Below, one piece after another: positions 16,843 to 27,169 of a DNA stretch of 64,000 bases (position 1 is its first letter; every line of letters starts with the position of its first letter). The notes under the pieces are model-generated. The model had not been told where the DNA came from, did not search any database, and worked only from the letters and a program-made list of their open reading frames with translations. Both the position numbers and the translations under genes were made by a program. The DNA comes from a virus. The DNA lies in IMG/VR virus record IMGVR_UViG_3300034071_001262, one strand, 5' to 3'.

Positions 16843-18969
16843 ATGAAACTTCATGCTGGTATTAACACGATTGAAAAGTCTGGTGATTTTGAGGAAAGCC
16901 AGTTCAGTATCGAGGCATCTGCCAAGGCTTTCTTTATTCTTTCTGATGGTCTTTATTCTAATAAGATCCTTGCAGTAGTTCGTGAGCTTTCTACTAATGC
17001 TTACGATTCTCATGTAGATGCTGGCAAGAAAGATGTTCAATTTGATGTTCATCTTCCAACTAGGCTTAATCCTATATTTTATATTCGTGACTACGGCACC
17101 AGCATGAGTCATGAACATTGCATGGAACTTTACACTACTTATTTTCGTAGCACACGTAATAATAGTAATGACGCTGTTGGTTGCTTGGGTCTTGGCAGTA
17201 AGGCACCATTTGCATATGGTGACAGTTTTACTGTTGAAGCATATCTTGATGGTACTCGCCGTCTTTATAATGCTTATAAGAATGAGGACGGTAATCCCAT
17301 ATTTTCTTTGATGGATACCAGCGAAACCAATGAAGCAAATGGCATTAAGGTTTCAATTAGTGTTAATGAATATGACATAGATCGTTTTGTGCGTGAGGCA
17401 CGTAAGGTTTATGAATTCTTTAATGTTAGGCCAAATTTTATTGGCGAAGAAATTTATTACGATGCTGAGAATAAGACTCTGAGTGGTGATAATTGGTACT
17501 TTGATGATAACGATGATAAGAACTATATCATCATGGGGCAAATTGCATATCCTATCGACCATAATCAAATTATAGTTGATGGAATTGATTCATCCAAGAA
17601 GAACAGTAGATTTGTTGAATATTCTAGTGGTCTTAGGATCATTGTTAATATTGGAGATGTTGATATCACTCCAAGTCGTGAGTCTCTTTCTTATAGCAAG
17701 CAGACTAAGATCAATATCAATAATATTATCTCTAAGATATTGGACGATATTGCAACACAGATTGAACATGAAATTAAAAGTCAGCCTACTCTGTTTAAGG
17801 CACGAAGTAAGTATGTGCAGATTTCTGATCAGTGCATGTCTATAAAGACTGCTATGGAATCTCTCATGAAGTCAATAGTTTGGAATGATCAAAAACTGTT
17901 TGACAATATTGTGTCTGAAAGTATTGACATTCCAAATATGACAGTTAAACTTTTTGAGAAGTCGTCATATCGTTCTAAGATTGATATGAAGATAGACACT
18001 AACCGTATACATTTTACAGATGCTGTTAAGTTTGTTGTCGATGATCTTCCACGCGGAGGAATTAGTCGTACAAAGCAATATATCAAAGAATTTAATAACA
18101 ACGTAGCCTGTTATTTTTATAAGTTAGGACATGGAGAAACGATTGACAACTGTAGATTGTATGATATACTTGGTGGAGCGACAAAGGATGATGTTGTATT
18201 TACATCTAATCTTCCAAAGGTAGAATATAATCGTAATTCTTCTGGTGGAAATAGCGGGCCAATGATTCAAGCCCGAGTTTTTAATGAAGAGTCTGGTTGC
18301 TTTGAAGAGTGTGCGATGAGTGTAAAATATGAAAATGCATATTATTTTACAGAGTCAAAGGGTGAGGTTCATATTTCTTCTTCATCTTATGGTGTTGTAC
18401 AGATTTATTATCTTGAAAAGATCTTGTCTTACATGCATGATCATCACAATGATGAAGTGGAAGGAAAGACATTTTATATTGTCAAGCCATCTGTTGCAAA
18501 GAATAGGAAGCTAGACGAGAGATCGAATTGGCATTTGGGATATGAATTTATTAGAAAGATTTTGACCGATATTATTGCTTATAATCATCAAGATATTTAT
18601 GATATAATGAATCGTCAGAGTCTTTCCAGAAATTTTGCAACTAGATGGATTGAGATTATTAATATGACTAAAAATCCATCTGCTGTAAAAAACGTAATTT
18701 CTGAGTATAATGAATACGTATCTCGATTGGACAACATTTGTGAGAAGGTTGAAGTCATAAGGCAAATGGCTAGTTCTTTTAGATTTACGTTTCCCGGTAG
18801 AGATAGTAATTTTGTGGATGATCGTTTTGCTCCACGATTTGATAAGGAAATGTCTAAGTATAAGATTTTGCAGGTAATTCGTAATGCGCCTTACTCTGAT
18901 GAGGATAGGCAAATTATTGCCGACTATATTGATAGCATTGAACAAGTTTCTGTTCTTAATAAGGAGTGA
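16843..18969 (+). CDS. rIIA: rIIA-like protein (GHKL ATPase N-terminus)
   Basis: LYSNKILAVVRELSTNAYD, RDYGTSM, GCLGLGSKAPFAY, PSRESLSY. Confidence 0.88.
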   Translation: MKLHAGINTIEKSGDFEESQFSIEASAKAFFILSDGLYSNKILAVVRELSTNAYDSHVDAGKKDVQFDVHLPTRLNPIFYIRDYGTSMSHEHCMELYTTYFRSTRNNSNDAVGCLGLGSKAPFAYGDSFTVEAYLDGTRRLYNAYKNEDGNPIFSLMDTSETNEANGIKVSISVNEYDIDRFVREARKVYEFFNVRPNFIGEEIYYDAENKTLSGDNWYFDDNDDKNYIIMGQIAYPIDHNQIIVDGIDSSKKNSRFVEYSSGLRIIVNIGDVDITPSRESLSYSKQTKININNIISKILDDIATQIEHEIKSQPTLFKARSKYVQISDQCMSIKTAMESLMKSIVWNDQKLFDNIVSESIDIPNMTVKLFEKSSYRSKIDMKIDTNRIHFTDAVKFVVDDLPRGGISRTKQYIKEFNNNVACYFYKLGHGETIDNCRLYDILGGATKDDVVFTSNLPKVEYNRNSSGGNSGPMIQARVFNEESGCFEECAMSVKYENAYYFTESKGEVHISSSSYGVVQIYYLEKILSYMHDHHNDEVEGKTFYIVKPSVAKNRKLDERSNWHLGYEFIRKILTDIIAYNHQDIYDIMNRQSLSRNFATRWIEIINMTKNPSAVKNVISEYNEYVSRLDNICEKVEVIRQMASSFRFTFPGRDSNFVDDRFAPRFDKEMSKYKILQVIRNAPYSDEDRQIIADYIDSIEQVSVLNKE

Positions 18970-18972
18970 GTA

Positions 18973-19848
18973 ATGAAGTATATTATAGCAAATGATGGTA
19001 ATGTTAGTGCGATTGTTAGTAATCAGAGTTACTTTTTTGGTAAGTCTCATCCTAACTATGATAAGCTTGTAAATTGTCTGAAGAAGAATAATATTGAGAT
19101 GTTTGAGGCTTACTATGATGTTGTTTCTCATATTAATAATTTCTGTGAAGGATATATTGCTTGTGATGGTAATAATCTAATGTGGGATGGTATTAAGATG
19201 CCAAATATGTTTGGTGATACTATCATTGATATGATTAAGCAGGGATTTCCGTTTGAACCAATGCTTAATTTCCTTGATAATATGAGTCAGAATCCATCTG
19301 ATCATGCTATTGTTGAACTGTTTGACTTTATGAAGAATAAGAATATGCCAATTACATCTGATGGATGTTTTCTAGCATATAAGGCTGTTAAGAATAATTA
19401 TAAAGATATGTATTCTGGAACGTTTGATAATAGTGTTGGTAGCGTTTGTTCTGTTCCTCGTAGTAAGGTAGATAGCAATCGTGAAAATGGTTGTGGTCAT
19501 GGTCTACACGTTGGTGCAATTGATTATGCAAAGAGGTATGGTGGAATTAAGATTGATGATGAAGACGATGATAATGATGGTGGAAATCGCCTTATGATTT
19601 GTAAGGTTAATCCGCGTGACGTTGTGAGTGTTCCATCTGATTCTAAGTTTCAAAAGCTTCGTTGCTGTCGATATGAAGTGGTTGCAGAATTTACGTCTGT
19701 ATTTGATAAGGTTGTTCATCTTACGACAGAAGATATTCAGTATATGAATACCAAGAAGCGTAATCGTGAATGGGTTGAGGAAATTACTGCAAAGATTAAT
19801 AAGGTAAATACTGTCATCAAAAAGAACAGGGATGTTGTTTGTATTTGA
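18973..19848 (+). CDS. rIIB: rIIB-like protein
   Basis: PITSDGCFLAYK, CGHGLHVG, KVNPRDVVSVP, KLRCCRYEVV; follows rIIA. Confidence 0.88.
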   Translation: MKYIIANDGNVSAIVSNQSYFFGKSHPNYDKLVNCLKKNNIEMFEAYYDVVSHINNFCEGYIACDGNNLMWDGIKMPNMFGDTIIDMIKQGFPFEPMLNFLDNMSQNPSDHAIVELFDFMKNKNMPITSDGCFLAYKAVKNNYKDMYSGTFDNSVGSVCSVPRSKVDSNRENGCGHGLHVGAIDYAKRYGGIKIDDEDDDNDGGNRLMICKVNPRDVVSVPSDSKFQKLRCCRYEVVAEFTSVFDKVVHLTTEDIQYMNTKKRNREWVEEITAKINKVNTVIKKNRDVVCI

Positions 19849-19856
19849 TAAAGATA

Positions 19857-19889
19857 AAATCAGTGGGGTCTAAATGGCCCCATTGATTT
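19857..19889 (+). terminator. hairpin after rIIB (probable terminator)
   Basis: AAATCAGTGGGGTC-TAAAT-GGCCCCATTGATTT. Confidence 0.6.
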
Positions 19890-19939
19890 GTCTTACCCAT
19901 ACTACGCGGATTGATTATGGAAACTCGGACGAATGAACA

Positions 19940-21067
19940 ATGAAAATACAGACAGATATTAAATTAGATTTTGATGATGTTTTACTAGTTCCACAACGAT
20001 CTAGGGCAGCATCAAGAAAAGAAGTAAGTATTGATAGAACATTCTCATTCTATCACTCTACAAGGCAGTGGACAGGCTTACCAATAATGTCTGCAAATAT
20101 GGATTCCACTGGTACATTTGAAATGGCTGATAAATTATCAGAATATAAAGCCATAACATGTCTACATAAACATTATACTAAGCAAGATTATCAAAATCAT
20201 TTTTGTAACGTCCATTCTCAATGGTTAAGTGTTGGTATTAAAAATGAAGATCTAGATAAGATAAGATATATCATAGATGATGTTGGATTTATACCAAATA
20301 TTTGTATAGATGTTGCAAATGGATATACTGATGACTTTGTAAATTATTGTAGAAAAGTTAGGGATACTTTTGGCACTCAACCAATTATTATGGCTGGTAA
20401 TGTATGTACACCAGAGATGGTGCAGGAACTTATTTTACATGGTGGAGTAGATATAGTTAAAGTTGGTATTGGCCCCGGCTCTGCTTGTACTACAAGATTA
20501 AAAACTGGAGTGGGTTTTCCACAGTTATCTGCAATATCTGAATGCTCACACGCTGCTCATGGTTTAAAAAGCGAAGACAGGCGTCTAGGATTGATTTGTG
20601 CAGACGGTGGATGTAGAACACCCTCAGACGTTGTAAAGGCTTTTGCGGCAAACGCAGACTTCGTGATGCTTGGTGGTATGCTTGCTGGAACTGATCAGTG
20701 CGAGGGAGAATGGGAATATGAATATCGCTGTGCTATCATAGATAATGATAGAAATGTTGTTAATGAGTGGTGGCAACAAAATGATCCGGGTTACAATCCA
20801 CCAGAAAAAAGAAAAAAATCATTACTATTTTATGGAATGAGTTCACATAAGGCACAAGAAAAATATGGTGGAATAAAAAATTATCGTGCCAGCGAAGGAA
20901 GAGTAATTAAAATTCCATATAAGGGTTGTGCATCTGAGATTATGAATGATATAATGGGTGGTATAAGAAGTGCTTGTGCTTATATAGGAGCAACATCACT
21001 TAAAGATTTACCAAAGTGTGCAGAATTTATTATGGTCAATAGAACTCATTTTGATAAGAGTATATAA
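19940..21067 (+). CDS. guaC: GMP reductase
   Basis: KLDFDDVLL, IDVANGY, KVGIGPGSACTTR, GFPQLSA, FYGMSS, ASEG. Confidence 0.92.
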   Translation: MKIQTDIKLDFDDVLLVPQRSRAASRKEVSIDRTFSFYHSTRQWTGLPIMSANMDSTGTFEMADKLSEYKAITCLHKHYTKQDYQNHFCNVHSQWLSVGIKNEDLDKIRYIIDDVGFIPNICIDVANGYTDDFVNYCRKVRDTFGTQPIIMAGNVCTPEMVQELILHGGVDIVKVGIGPGSACTTRLKTGVGFPQLSAISECSHAAHGLKSEDRRLGLICADGGCRTPSDVVKAFAANADFVMLGGMLAGTDQCEGEWEYEYRCAIIDNDRNVVNEWWQQNDPGYNPPEKRKKSLLFYGMSSHKAQEKYGGIKNYRASEGRVIKIPYKGCASEIMNDIMGGIRSACAYIGATSLKDLPKCAEFIMVNRTHFDKSI

Positions 21068-21234
21068 TGGGACCAACTTGTGTAACAATATCTACAATAC
21101 TATATTTATGTGTGGCTATTTCTTGTTTTGTGCAAAAGGATTATTCACATGGAGTAATGTGGTCTGGATATACATTTGCTAATCTAGGATTACTTTGGTA
21201 TGAATTAAATAAAATTGGCTGGTGGACATTATGA
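21067..21234 (+). CDS. small membrane protein (55 aa)
   Basis: two hydrophobic segments; overlaps the flanking start and stop codons. Confidence 0.6.
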   Translation: MGPTCVTISTILYLCVAISCFVQKDYSHGVMWSGYTFANLGLLWYELNKIGWWTL

Positions 21235-21764
21235 ACAATCTAAATGGTATGAGAACCTATCTTGTCGGTCCTATGGATAGAGTGGCTGATGGTGGCAAAG
21301 GTTGGAGAGATATGATTACTCCACCATTAAAATATCTAAATATAAATGTAATTAATCCATGTAATAAGCCTATTAAACTCATAAAAGAAGATGAGACTAC
21401 AAGATCTGTTATAGACCACTATAAAAATACTGGACAATTTAATAAGATTAAACAAGAGTATGGACATATAAGAAATGCTGACTTAAGATGTGTTGACGTA
21501 TCTGACTTTATTATAGCCAGAATAGATATGAGTGTTCATATGTGTGGTTCATATGAAGAAATTGTCACAGCTAATAGGCAAAAAAAACCAGTATTGGTTT
21601 GGTGCGAACAAGGCAAGCATAATGCCCCAAATTGGTTATTTTTTATGTTGCCACATGAACATATATTCAGTAGAATGTACGAAATTCTAGATTATTTACA
21701 TGAAGTTAATGATTCAATAAATATTGATCTACTAGATAGATGGATATTCTTCACTAAAGAGTGA
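21231..21764 (+). CDS. nucleoside 2-deoxyribosyltransferase-like protein
   Basis: YLVGPM, GWR, INP, DL..V..SD, GSYEE, KPV. Confidence 0.7.
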   Translation: MNNLNGMRTYLVGPMDRVADGGKGWRDMITPPLKYLNINVINPCNKPIKLIKEDETTRSVIDHYKNTGQFNKIKQEYGHIRNADLRCVDVSDFIIARIDMSVHMCGSYEEIVTANRQKKPVLVWCEQGKHNAPNWLFFMLPHEHIFSRMYEILDYLHEVNDSINIDLLDRWIFFTKE

Positions 21765-21824
21765 CACATTAATAAATTGTGTATATTTATATATGATTCT
21801 ACTACAAAAAATAGGAATTTATAT

Positions 21825-23114
21825 ATGAATAGAAGACATTTTTTATCAATAGGATCATTATGTTTTAGTAGCTATACCCTTGCTTTGCCAGATATATTGA
21901 AAGCAGATACAATCAATGGAAAAAAAAAGAATTTAATCAATATATTTTTGGCTGGAGGACCACCACATCTCGATTTGTGGGATTTAAAACCAGACGCTCC
22001 ATCAGAAATAAGGGGATTATTTAAGCCAATTTCTACCAATGTAAATGGAATACAAATTTGTGAAGTATTCGATAAACTATCGAAAAGGATTGATAAATGT
22101 TCTATCATAAGATCAATAATTAATTCTCATGGAGATCATGCTGCATTTCAATGCATGACAGGATGGAAGCCAGATAATTTAAAAAATATTGGTGGTAGAC
22201 CATCTATAGGCTCTGTTATATCTAGACTACATGGCTCAAACGATCCATCTATACCAGCATACATTGGTCTAGCAGCACCAACGCAGCACATGCCTTGGAG
22301 TGATTCTGGTACTGGAGGATTTTTAGGCCAGACTTATAATCCATTTAAGCCAAGTGGGGATAGTATTAAAGATATGACTCTTCATATTGATGCTAAAAGA
22401 TTGTATGATAGAAAAAATCTATTATTACAATTAGATCAACTTAAGCAAGATATTGATTTTAATCTAAGATTTAATAGTTATGATAAACATGTTGAAAAGT
22501 CATTTGAAATATTGACAGATAATAAGTTATTACAAGCACTAGATATATCTAAGGTAAACAAAGACATATTAGAAAAATATGGAGATGGTAAGCCTTATAA
22601 ATATCAATATGATGGAGCGCCCACAGATAATAGTCAATTATTAATAGCAAAAAGACTGCTTGAAGCAGGGGCTAGAGTTGTATCTTTGAGTTATGGTAGA
22701 TGGGATAGTCATGGTGCTAATTTTGATTTAGTTAAAGATCATGGATCTAAATTAGATCAATGCTTATCGGCTTTAATAGATGACTTACAGACATCAGATA
22801 TGCTTGATAATACATTAGTTATAGTTTGGGGAGAGTTTGGACGAACACCAAAAATTAATAAGGACGCAGGAAGAGATCATTGGCCTCAAGTAAATAGCGC
22901 TTTATTATTTGGTGGCGGATTGAAACATGGACAGGTTATTGGATCAACGAATAAACTTGGTGAATATGCTGTAGATAGACCTGTTGATTTTCAAGAAGTG
23001 GTAGCTACAATATATAACACTCTTGGTGTAGAAACTTCCTCAACTACTATTATTGATACAACAGGAAGACCACAATACTTAGTAGACCATCCATATATGA
23101 AAGAATTGATATGA
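21825..23114 (+). CDS. DUF1501 family protein with Tat-like signal
   Basis: MNRRHFL; GGPPHLDLWDLKP; WDSH; GEFGRTPKIN; GRDHWP. Confidence 0.93.
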   Translation: MNRRHFLSIGSLCFSSYTLALPDILKADTINGKKKNLINIFLAGGPPHLDLWDLKPDAPSEIRGLFKPISTNVNGIQICEVFDKLSKRIDKCSIIRSIINSHGDHAAFQCMTGWKPDNLKNIGGRPSIGSVISRLHGSNDPSIPAYIGLAAPTQHMPWSDSGTGGFLGQTYNPFKPSGDSIKDMTLHIDAKRLYDRKNLLLQLDQLKQDIDFNLRFNSYDKHVEKSFEILTDNKLLQALDISKVNKDILEKYGDGKPYKYQYDGAPTDNSQLLIAKRLLEAGARVVSLSYGRWDSHGANFDLVKDHGSKLDQCLSALIDDLQTSDMLDNTLVIVWGEFGRTPKINKDAGRDHWPQVNSALLFGGGLKHGQVIGSTNKLGEYAVDRPVDFQEVVATIYNTLGVETSSTTIIDTTGRPQYLVDHPYMKELI

Positions 23115-24355
23115 ACAGAAGACATTTTTTATCGCATCTCAATGGAACAATTGCACTTACATCAAGTACAGTTTTATTGCAGAATTCTATTTTAGCAAAT
23201 GCTGAAAAACTTAAAAAACAAAACAAAAGTACAATATTATTATGGATGAGCGGTGGTCCTAGTACTATAGATATTTGGGATTTAAAACCAAATAGTCCAA
23301 GCGGTGGACCATTTAAACCAATATCTACTAATGTCGATGGAATACAAATATGCGAGCATTTACCATTATTATCTAAAAACATGGATAATCTTAGTATTGT
23401 TCGCAGTATGAGTACAAGGGAAGCTGATCATGGCAGAGGTAGATACTATATGCATACTGGATATGTGCCTAATCCTAATGTGGAATATCCAAGTTATGGA
23501 TCAGTTATATCTCATGAATTGTTAAAAAATACTACTAATCAGATAGGAATACCACCTTTTATTAGTATAGGTGGTGCCAGTATTGGTCCGGGGTTTTTAG
23601 GTGCTACATATTCCCCACTTGTTGTTGATTATAATGGAACAATTAGAAATTTACAATCAAGTGTAGATTATCAAACCGTGCAAAGAAGATTAGAAGTTCT
23701 ATCAGTAATAGAGAACAAATTTATTCAAGAAAAACGAGGAGAATTAGCAAGCGATCACGCTAAAATGTTGAATAAAACTGTTGATTTAATGTTTGGTCCA
23801 CATACTCAAGTCTTAAACATAAATAAAGAACCACAAAACATTCGTGATAGATATGGCAACACTTCATTTGGTAAAGGTTGTCTCATGGCAAGAAGACTAG
23901 TAGAAATTGGCGTACCATTCATAGAAGTAGATATGGGTGGATGGGATAATCATATGGATATTTTTACAACACTACCAGATAAACTATCTCAAATGGATAT
24001 TGGAATGAGTGCATTAATTGAAGATCTAGTAAGTAGGGGATTGTATGACAATACCACCATTATATGGATGGGGGAATTTGGTAGAACTCCAGATATAAAT
24101 AAAAATGCTGGTAGAGATCACTGGGCTAGAAGCTGGAGTGCTGTAGTTGGTGGTGGAAAATTAAACAAAGGCATAGTTGTTGGTGAAACTGATGATGATG
24201 GAAAAAAGGTAATAAGTGAAGCTTATTCTTCAGAAGATTTAATGGCAACTATACTAAAAAGTTTGGATATTTCACTTGAAACTACATTTACCTCTAAAAA
24301 TGGTCGTCCAATGAAGATTGCTAATTCTGGACGAGTAATTAAAGAACTATTCTAA
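23111..24355 (+). CDS. DUF1501 family protein with Tat-like signal
   Basis: MNRRHFL; GGPSTIDIWDLKP; GWDNH; GEFGRTPDIN; GRDHW. Confidence 0.93.
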   Translation: MNRRHFLSHLNGTIALTSSTVLLQNSILANAEKLKKQNKSTILLWMSGGPSTIDIWDLKPNSPSGGPFKPISTNVDGIQICEHLPLLSKNMDNLSIVRSMSTREADHGRGRYYMHTGYVPNPNVEYPSYGSVISHELLKNTTNQIGIPPFISIGGASIGPGFLGATYSPLVVDYNGTIRNLQSSVDYQTVQRRLEVLSVIENKFIQEKRGELASDHAKMLNKTVDLMFGPHTQVLNINKEPQNIRDRYGNTSFGKGCLMARRLVEIGVPFIEVDMGGWDNHMDIFTTLPDKLSQMDIGMSALIEDLVSRGLYDNTTIIWMGEFGRTPDINKNAGRDHWARSWSAVVGGGKLNKGIVVGETDDDGKKVISEAYSSEDLMATILKSLDISLETTFTSKNGRPMKIANSGRVIKELF

Positions 24356-24370
24356 ATATAAAGGATGTGG

Positions 24371-24398
24371 TTGACTCTCAAGCCAAATCGTGTAGAAT
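24371..24398 (+). promoter_or_regulatory. sigma70-type promoter TTGACT-16-TAGAAT
   Basis: intergenic, upstream of a GGAG RBS. Confidence 0.55.
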
Positions 24399-24429
24399 GA
24401 CGATATAACAGAGCTTATGGAGATAAACA

Positions 24430-24729
24430 ATGAAAAAAAGAATTGCTACTAAGCAAAAAACCCACAAACGATCAGACAAAATGGAAGTTATCGATCTAAA
24501 ATCTACATCCATACCACAAAATGAACTAGAAAACTTTGTAGGATATATAAAAAATCTACACAAGATAGATTGTATACGGATATGGGAAAATCATTTTAGA
24601 ATCAATGTTTGGATAGAAAAATATTGTGATAATTCAGTTTATCCAAAATATTCTATTACAAAATCATTTTTTGTATTTTATGATGGATGGCATATCGTAG
24701 ATAAAACAGATAATAAAATACTAACATGA
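24430..24729 (+). CDS. hypothetical protein
   Basis: GGAG RBS. Confidence 0.7.
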   Translation: MKKRIATKQKTHKRSDKMEVIDLKSTSIPQNELENFVGYIKNLHKIDCIRIWENHFRINVWIEKYCDNSVYPKYSITKSFFVFYDGWHIVDKTDNKILT

Positions 24730-25166
24730 ATAGAACATTAAAATGGGATATTAGATTTCTTGAGCTAGCTAAGTTGATTTCAACTTGGTCTAAAGATCCA
24801 TCAACGCAAGTTGGAGCAGTAATTACAGATGGCATCAAAGTAATATCTATTGGATATAATGGTTTACCAATGTCTGTACGTGACGATGTAAACATCCTCA
24901 ATAATAGAGAAGAAAAATATAAGTACATTATACATGCAGAAATGAATGCTATACTAGCTGCGAAATGTAATTTACATAATTTTACATTATACACATATCC
25001 ATTTCTTCCATGTACTAATTGTGCATCTATGACGATCCAAGCAGGAATAAAGAGAGTAGTATCTATAGTATGTCAAAATGACAGATGGAAAGAAAGATTA
25101 GAGCAATCTAAAGATATTTTTAATCGTGCAAATATTGATGTAGTTGAACTTGGTGTGTATATATAA
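24726..25166 (+). CDS. dCMP deaminase
   Basis: WSKDPSTQVGAVI, GYNG, HAEMNAI, PCTNC. Confidence 0.92.
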   Translation: MNRTLKWDIRFLELAKLISTWSKDPSTQVGAVITDGIKVISIGYNGLPMSVRDDVNILNNREEKYKYIIHAEMNAILAAKCNLHNFTLYTYPFLPCTNCASMTIQAGIKRVVSIVCQNDRWKERLEQSKDIFNRANIDVVELGVYI

Positions 25167-25192
25167 TTGCATATATCACATGGAGTATCAAT

Positions 25193-25498
25193 ATGTTCTA
25201 CAAAGAAGAGTTATGTGCAATAATGAATTTTGCATACGACTATCCAATAGACATAGAAGCCGCTTGGGCCGCTTATAATAGATTCAATCGACACATTCAA
25301 AGTGCTGACTTACATACAATTAAATATTTTCTGAAGATAATTTGCTACACAGACAATGAATTACTTTCTTTAAGAAATATTATGGCTGAAAGTGGAAAAG
25401 AATTAACGCCAAGTGAACTATCTCAGTATATTTTTATACTAAGCATATGTTTTTTTGATAGACTACATCAAACAATAGATACTCAAAAACATGAATAA
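25193..25498 (+). CDS. hypothetical protein
   Basis: GGAG RBS. Confidence 0.65.
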   Translation: MFYKEELCAIMNFAYDYPIDIEAAWAAYNRFNRHIQSADLHTIKYFLKIICYTDNELLSLRNIMAESGKELTPSELSQYIFILSICFFDRLHQTIDTQKHE

Positions 25499-26114
25499 AG
25501 TACAATTGATTGGATATTATGGTGGCGATGAAACACACGCATTATCAGCATGGACAAGCACATCAAGAGATTTAACAGAAGATAAAAGAAATAGAATAGA
25601 CAAGTTGCTTTATATGCTAGCATCTGAGGGACATCATACGCCATTTGAAAAGTCTTCACTACATTTCTTGATATGTACAGACATAGCAACACACATACAT
25701 ATATTAAAGCATCGCATTGGAATTTCTGTTAATGCAGAATCAGCCAGATATAAAGAAATCAAAGAGGATTGTTTTTATATACCTTCTGATTTTCCAGACA
25801 CTTGGCAACAAAAACTAGAAACATATACTAAGGCTGGGTTAGATTTGTATCATGAGTGCATCAAGGATTTAGTGGATACTCATGGTTTTAGTAGAAAAAG
25901 GGCTAAAGAGGCAGCAAGATTTTTTAGAACCTATAATACTCAAATTTCAGCAGATGTTATGTTTAACTTCAGAAGTTTTGCTCATTTTCTTGGGCTACGT
26001 AACACAGAAAATGCTCAATTAGAAGTCAAAAATATTGCAAAAGAAATGCTAGAATTAATAAAAAATATAGATGGTAATCCATTTAAGTATAGTTTAGAAG
26101 GTTTCAATCTATAG
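25491..26114 (+). CDS. thyX: flavin-dependent thymidylate synthase
   Basis: HHTPFE, KHR...ESARY (RHRx7SxR variant), NFRS, LRN..NAQLE. Confidence 0.9.
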   Translation: MNKVQLIGYYGGDETHALSAWTSTSRDLTEDKRNRIDKLLYMLASEGHHTPFEKSSLHFLICTDIATHIHILKHRIGISVNAESARYKEIKEDCFYIPSDFPDTWQQKLETYTKAGLDLYHECIKDLVDTHGFSRKRAKEAARFFRTYNTQISADVMFNFRSFAHFLGLRNTENAQLEVKNIAKEMLELIKNIDGNPFKYSLEGFNL

Positions 26115-26117
26115 AAA

Positions 26118-26467
26118 GGGCCGGTAAAGGTATCGATTGGATCGTAGTTATTATGGTTAGCAAGTAGTGGTTGATCGACAGGCCACTTTAAAAGTCGATT
26201 AAACGCTTTAACTGGCGTAACACAGTTAGCTCTTGCTGCTTGAGAAAGTAGCAACAATCTTAGGAAGCGATGAAGGTAGCGTCCAAAAGATTGTCGTTAA
26301 ATCCTTCTGCTGCTAGAATAGCCAACGGGTTCTAGCTAAGATTTGTTGGTACGGAAAGATGAATGTTGATTGTTCTTTAATCTTTCTTAAGAATTTATGA
26401 ACAACTAAACTTGTAGAAGCTATATTAACACTATCACAAGACATGGGTTCGACTCCCATCCGGTCCA
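26118..26467 (+). ncRNA. ssrA: tmRNA; tag ORF 26214-26243 encodes GVTQLALAA
   Basis: GGGCCGG/CCGGTCC-A acceptor with G3:U70; T-arm ATGGG-TTCGACT-CCCAT; PK1 (AGTGG/CCACT, ATCGAC/GTCGAT); TTAACT then GGC resume codon; LALAA*. Confidence 0.93.
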
Positions 26468-26478
26468 CTTAAATAATA

Positions 26479-26727
26479 ATGATCAAAAAATCAATCAAAC
26501 ATTTAAAAGAAAATAACATGCATTATGGTGAACATTTATTGTTTGCTTGGTCGCATGGTATAATGTGTATTGTGTCTGGTGCATTATTGATCATACATGG
26601 CATAATACCATCTTTATTTCCTAAGATTGGCTCTAGATTGATAGAAATATTAAACTATAGTTTCACTAATCGTAGGGGGTTTAAAAATGGCACTACTATC
26701 AGCAAGAACACTGATCGCGTTAACTAA
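26479..26727 (+). CDS. conserved small hypothetical protein
   Basis: HLKENNMHYGEHLLFA...IHGIIP.LF. Confidence 0.65.
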   Translation: MIKKSIKHLKENNMHYGEHLLFAWSHGIMCIVSGALLIIHGIIPSLFPKIGSRLIEILNYSFTNRRGFKNGTTISKNTDRVN

Positions 26728-26776
26728 AATTATTTTCTTTGGAAGAATGTTGTTTTCTGCTATATATCAAGTACTA

Positions 26777-27169
26777 ATGAAAACTAAAAAATGTATATAT
26801 TGTGGCATAGAAAAAACTGTTGTTCATTTTCCTAAACATATTATGTATAAGGATAAATTGGACATGAGATGTAATACATGTATTAAAAGTCAAAGAAAAA
26901 TAAGAAACTATCTTCATAAGACGGCGCCACCAAAACCAGAAGTGTGTTCGTGTTGTGGTAAACAGCCAATAAAATGGTGTTTGGACCATGACCATATATC
27001 TAACGAATTTCGTGGTTGGATATGTGAAAAGTGTAACACTGGAATTGGTAAATTAGGAGATGATGTTAATGGTTTAGTAATGGCATTAAATTATCTTTTA
27101 AGCTACGAATTAGAAAGAAAAAAAATAGACATGTTGACTGAATCAGAGTCTGATGCTATAATAGAGTAG
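26777..27169 (+). CDS. endonuclease VII-like His-Me finger protein
   Basis: CSCCG...CLDHDH...FRGWICEKCNTGIG. Confidence 0.85.
   Translation: MKTKKCIYCGIEKTVVHFPKHIMYKDKLDMRCNTCIKSQRKIRNYLHKTAPPKPEVCSCCGKQPIKWCLDHDHISNEFRGWICEKCNTGIGKLGDDVNGLVMALNYLLSYELERKKIDMLTESESDAIIE
27134..27162 (+). promoter_or_regulatory. sigma70-type promoter TTGACT-17-TATAAT
   Basis: upstream of ssb. Confidence 0.6.

Noticed and set aside
21825-24355. Host contamination or chimeric assembly at the DUF1501 genes
   Set aside because: Composition and codon usage match the flanking phage genes and junctions are tight; read mapping would still be the definitive test
26015-26257. Minus-strand ORF over thyX and the tmRNA
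   Set aside because: Overlaps two well-supported + strand features
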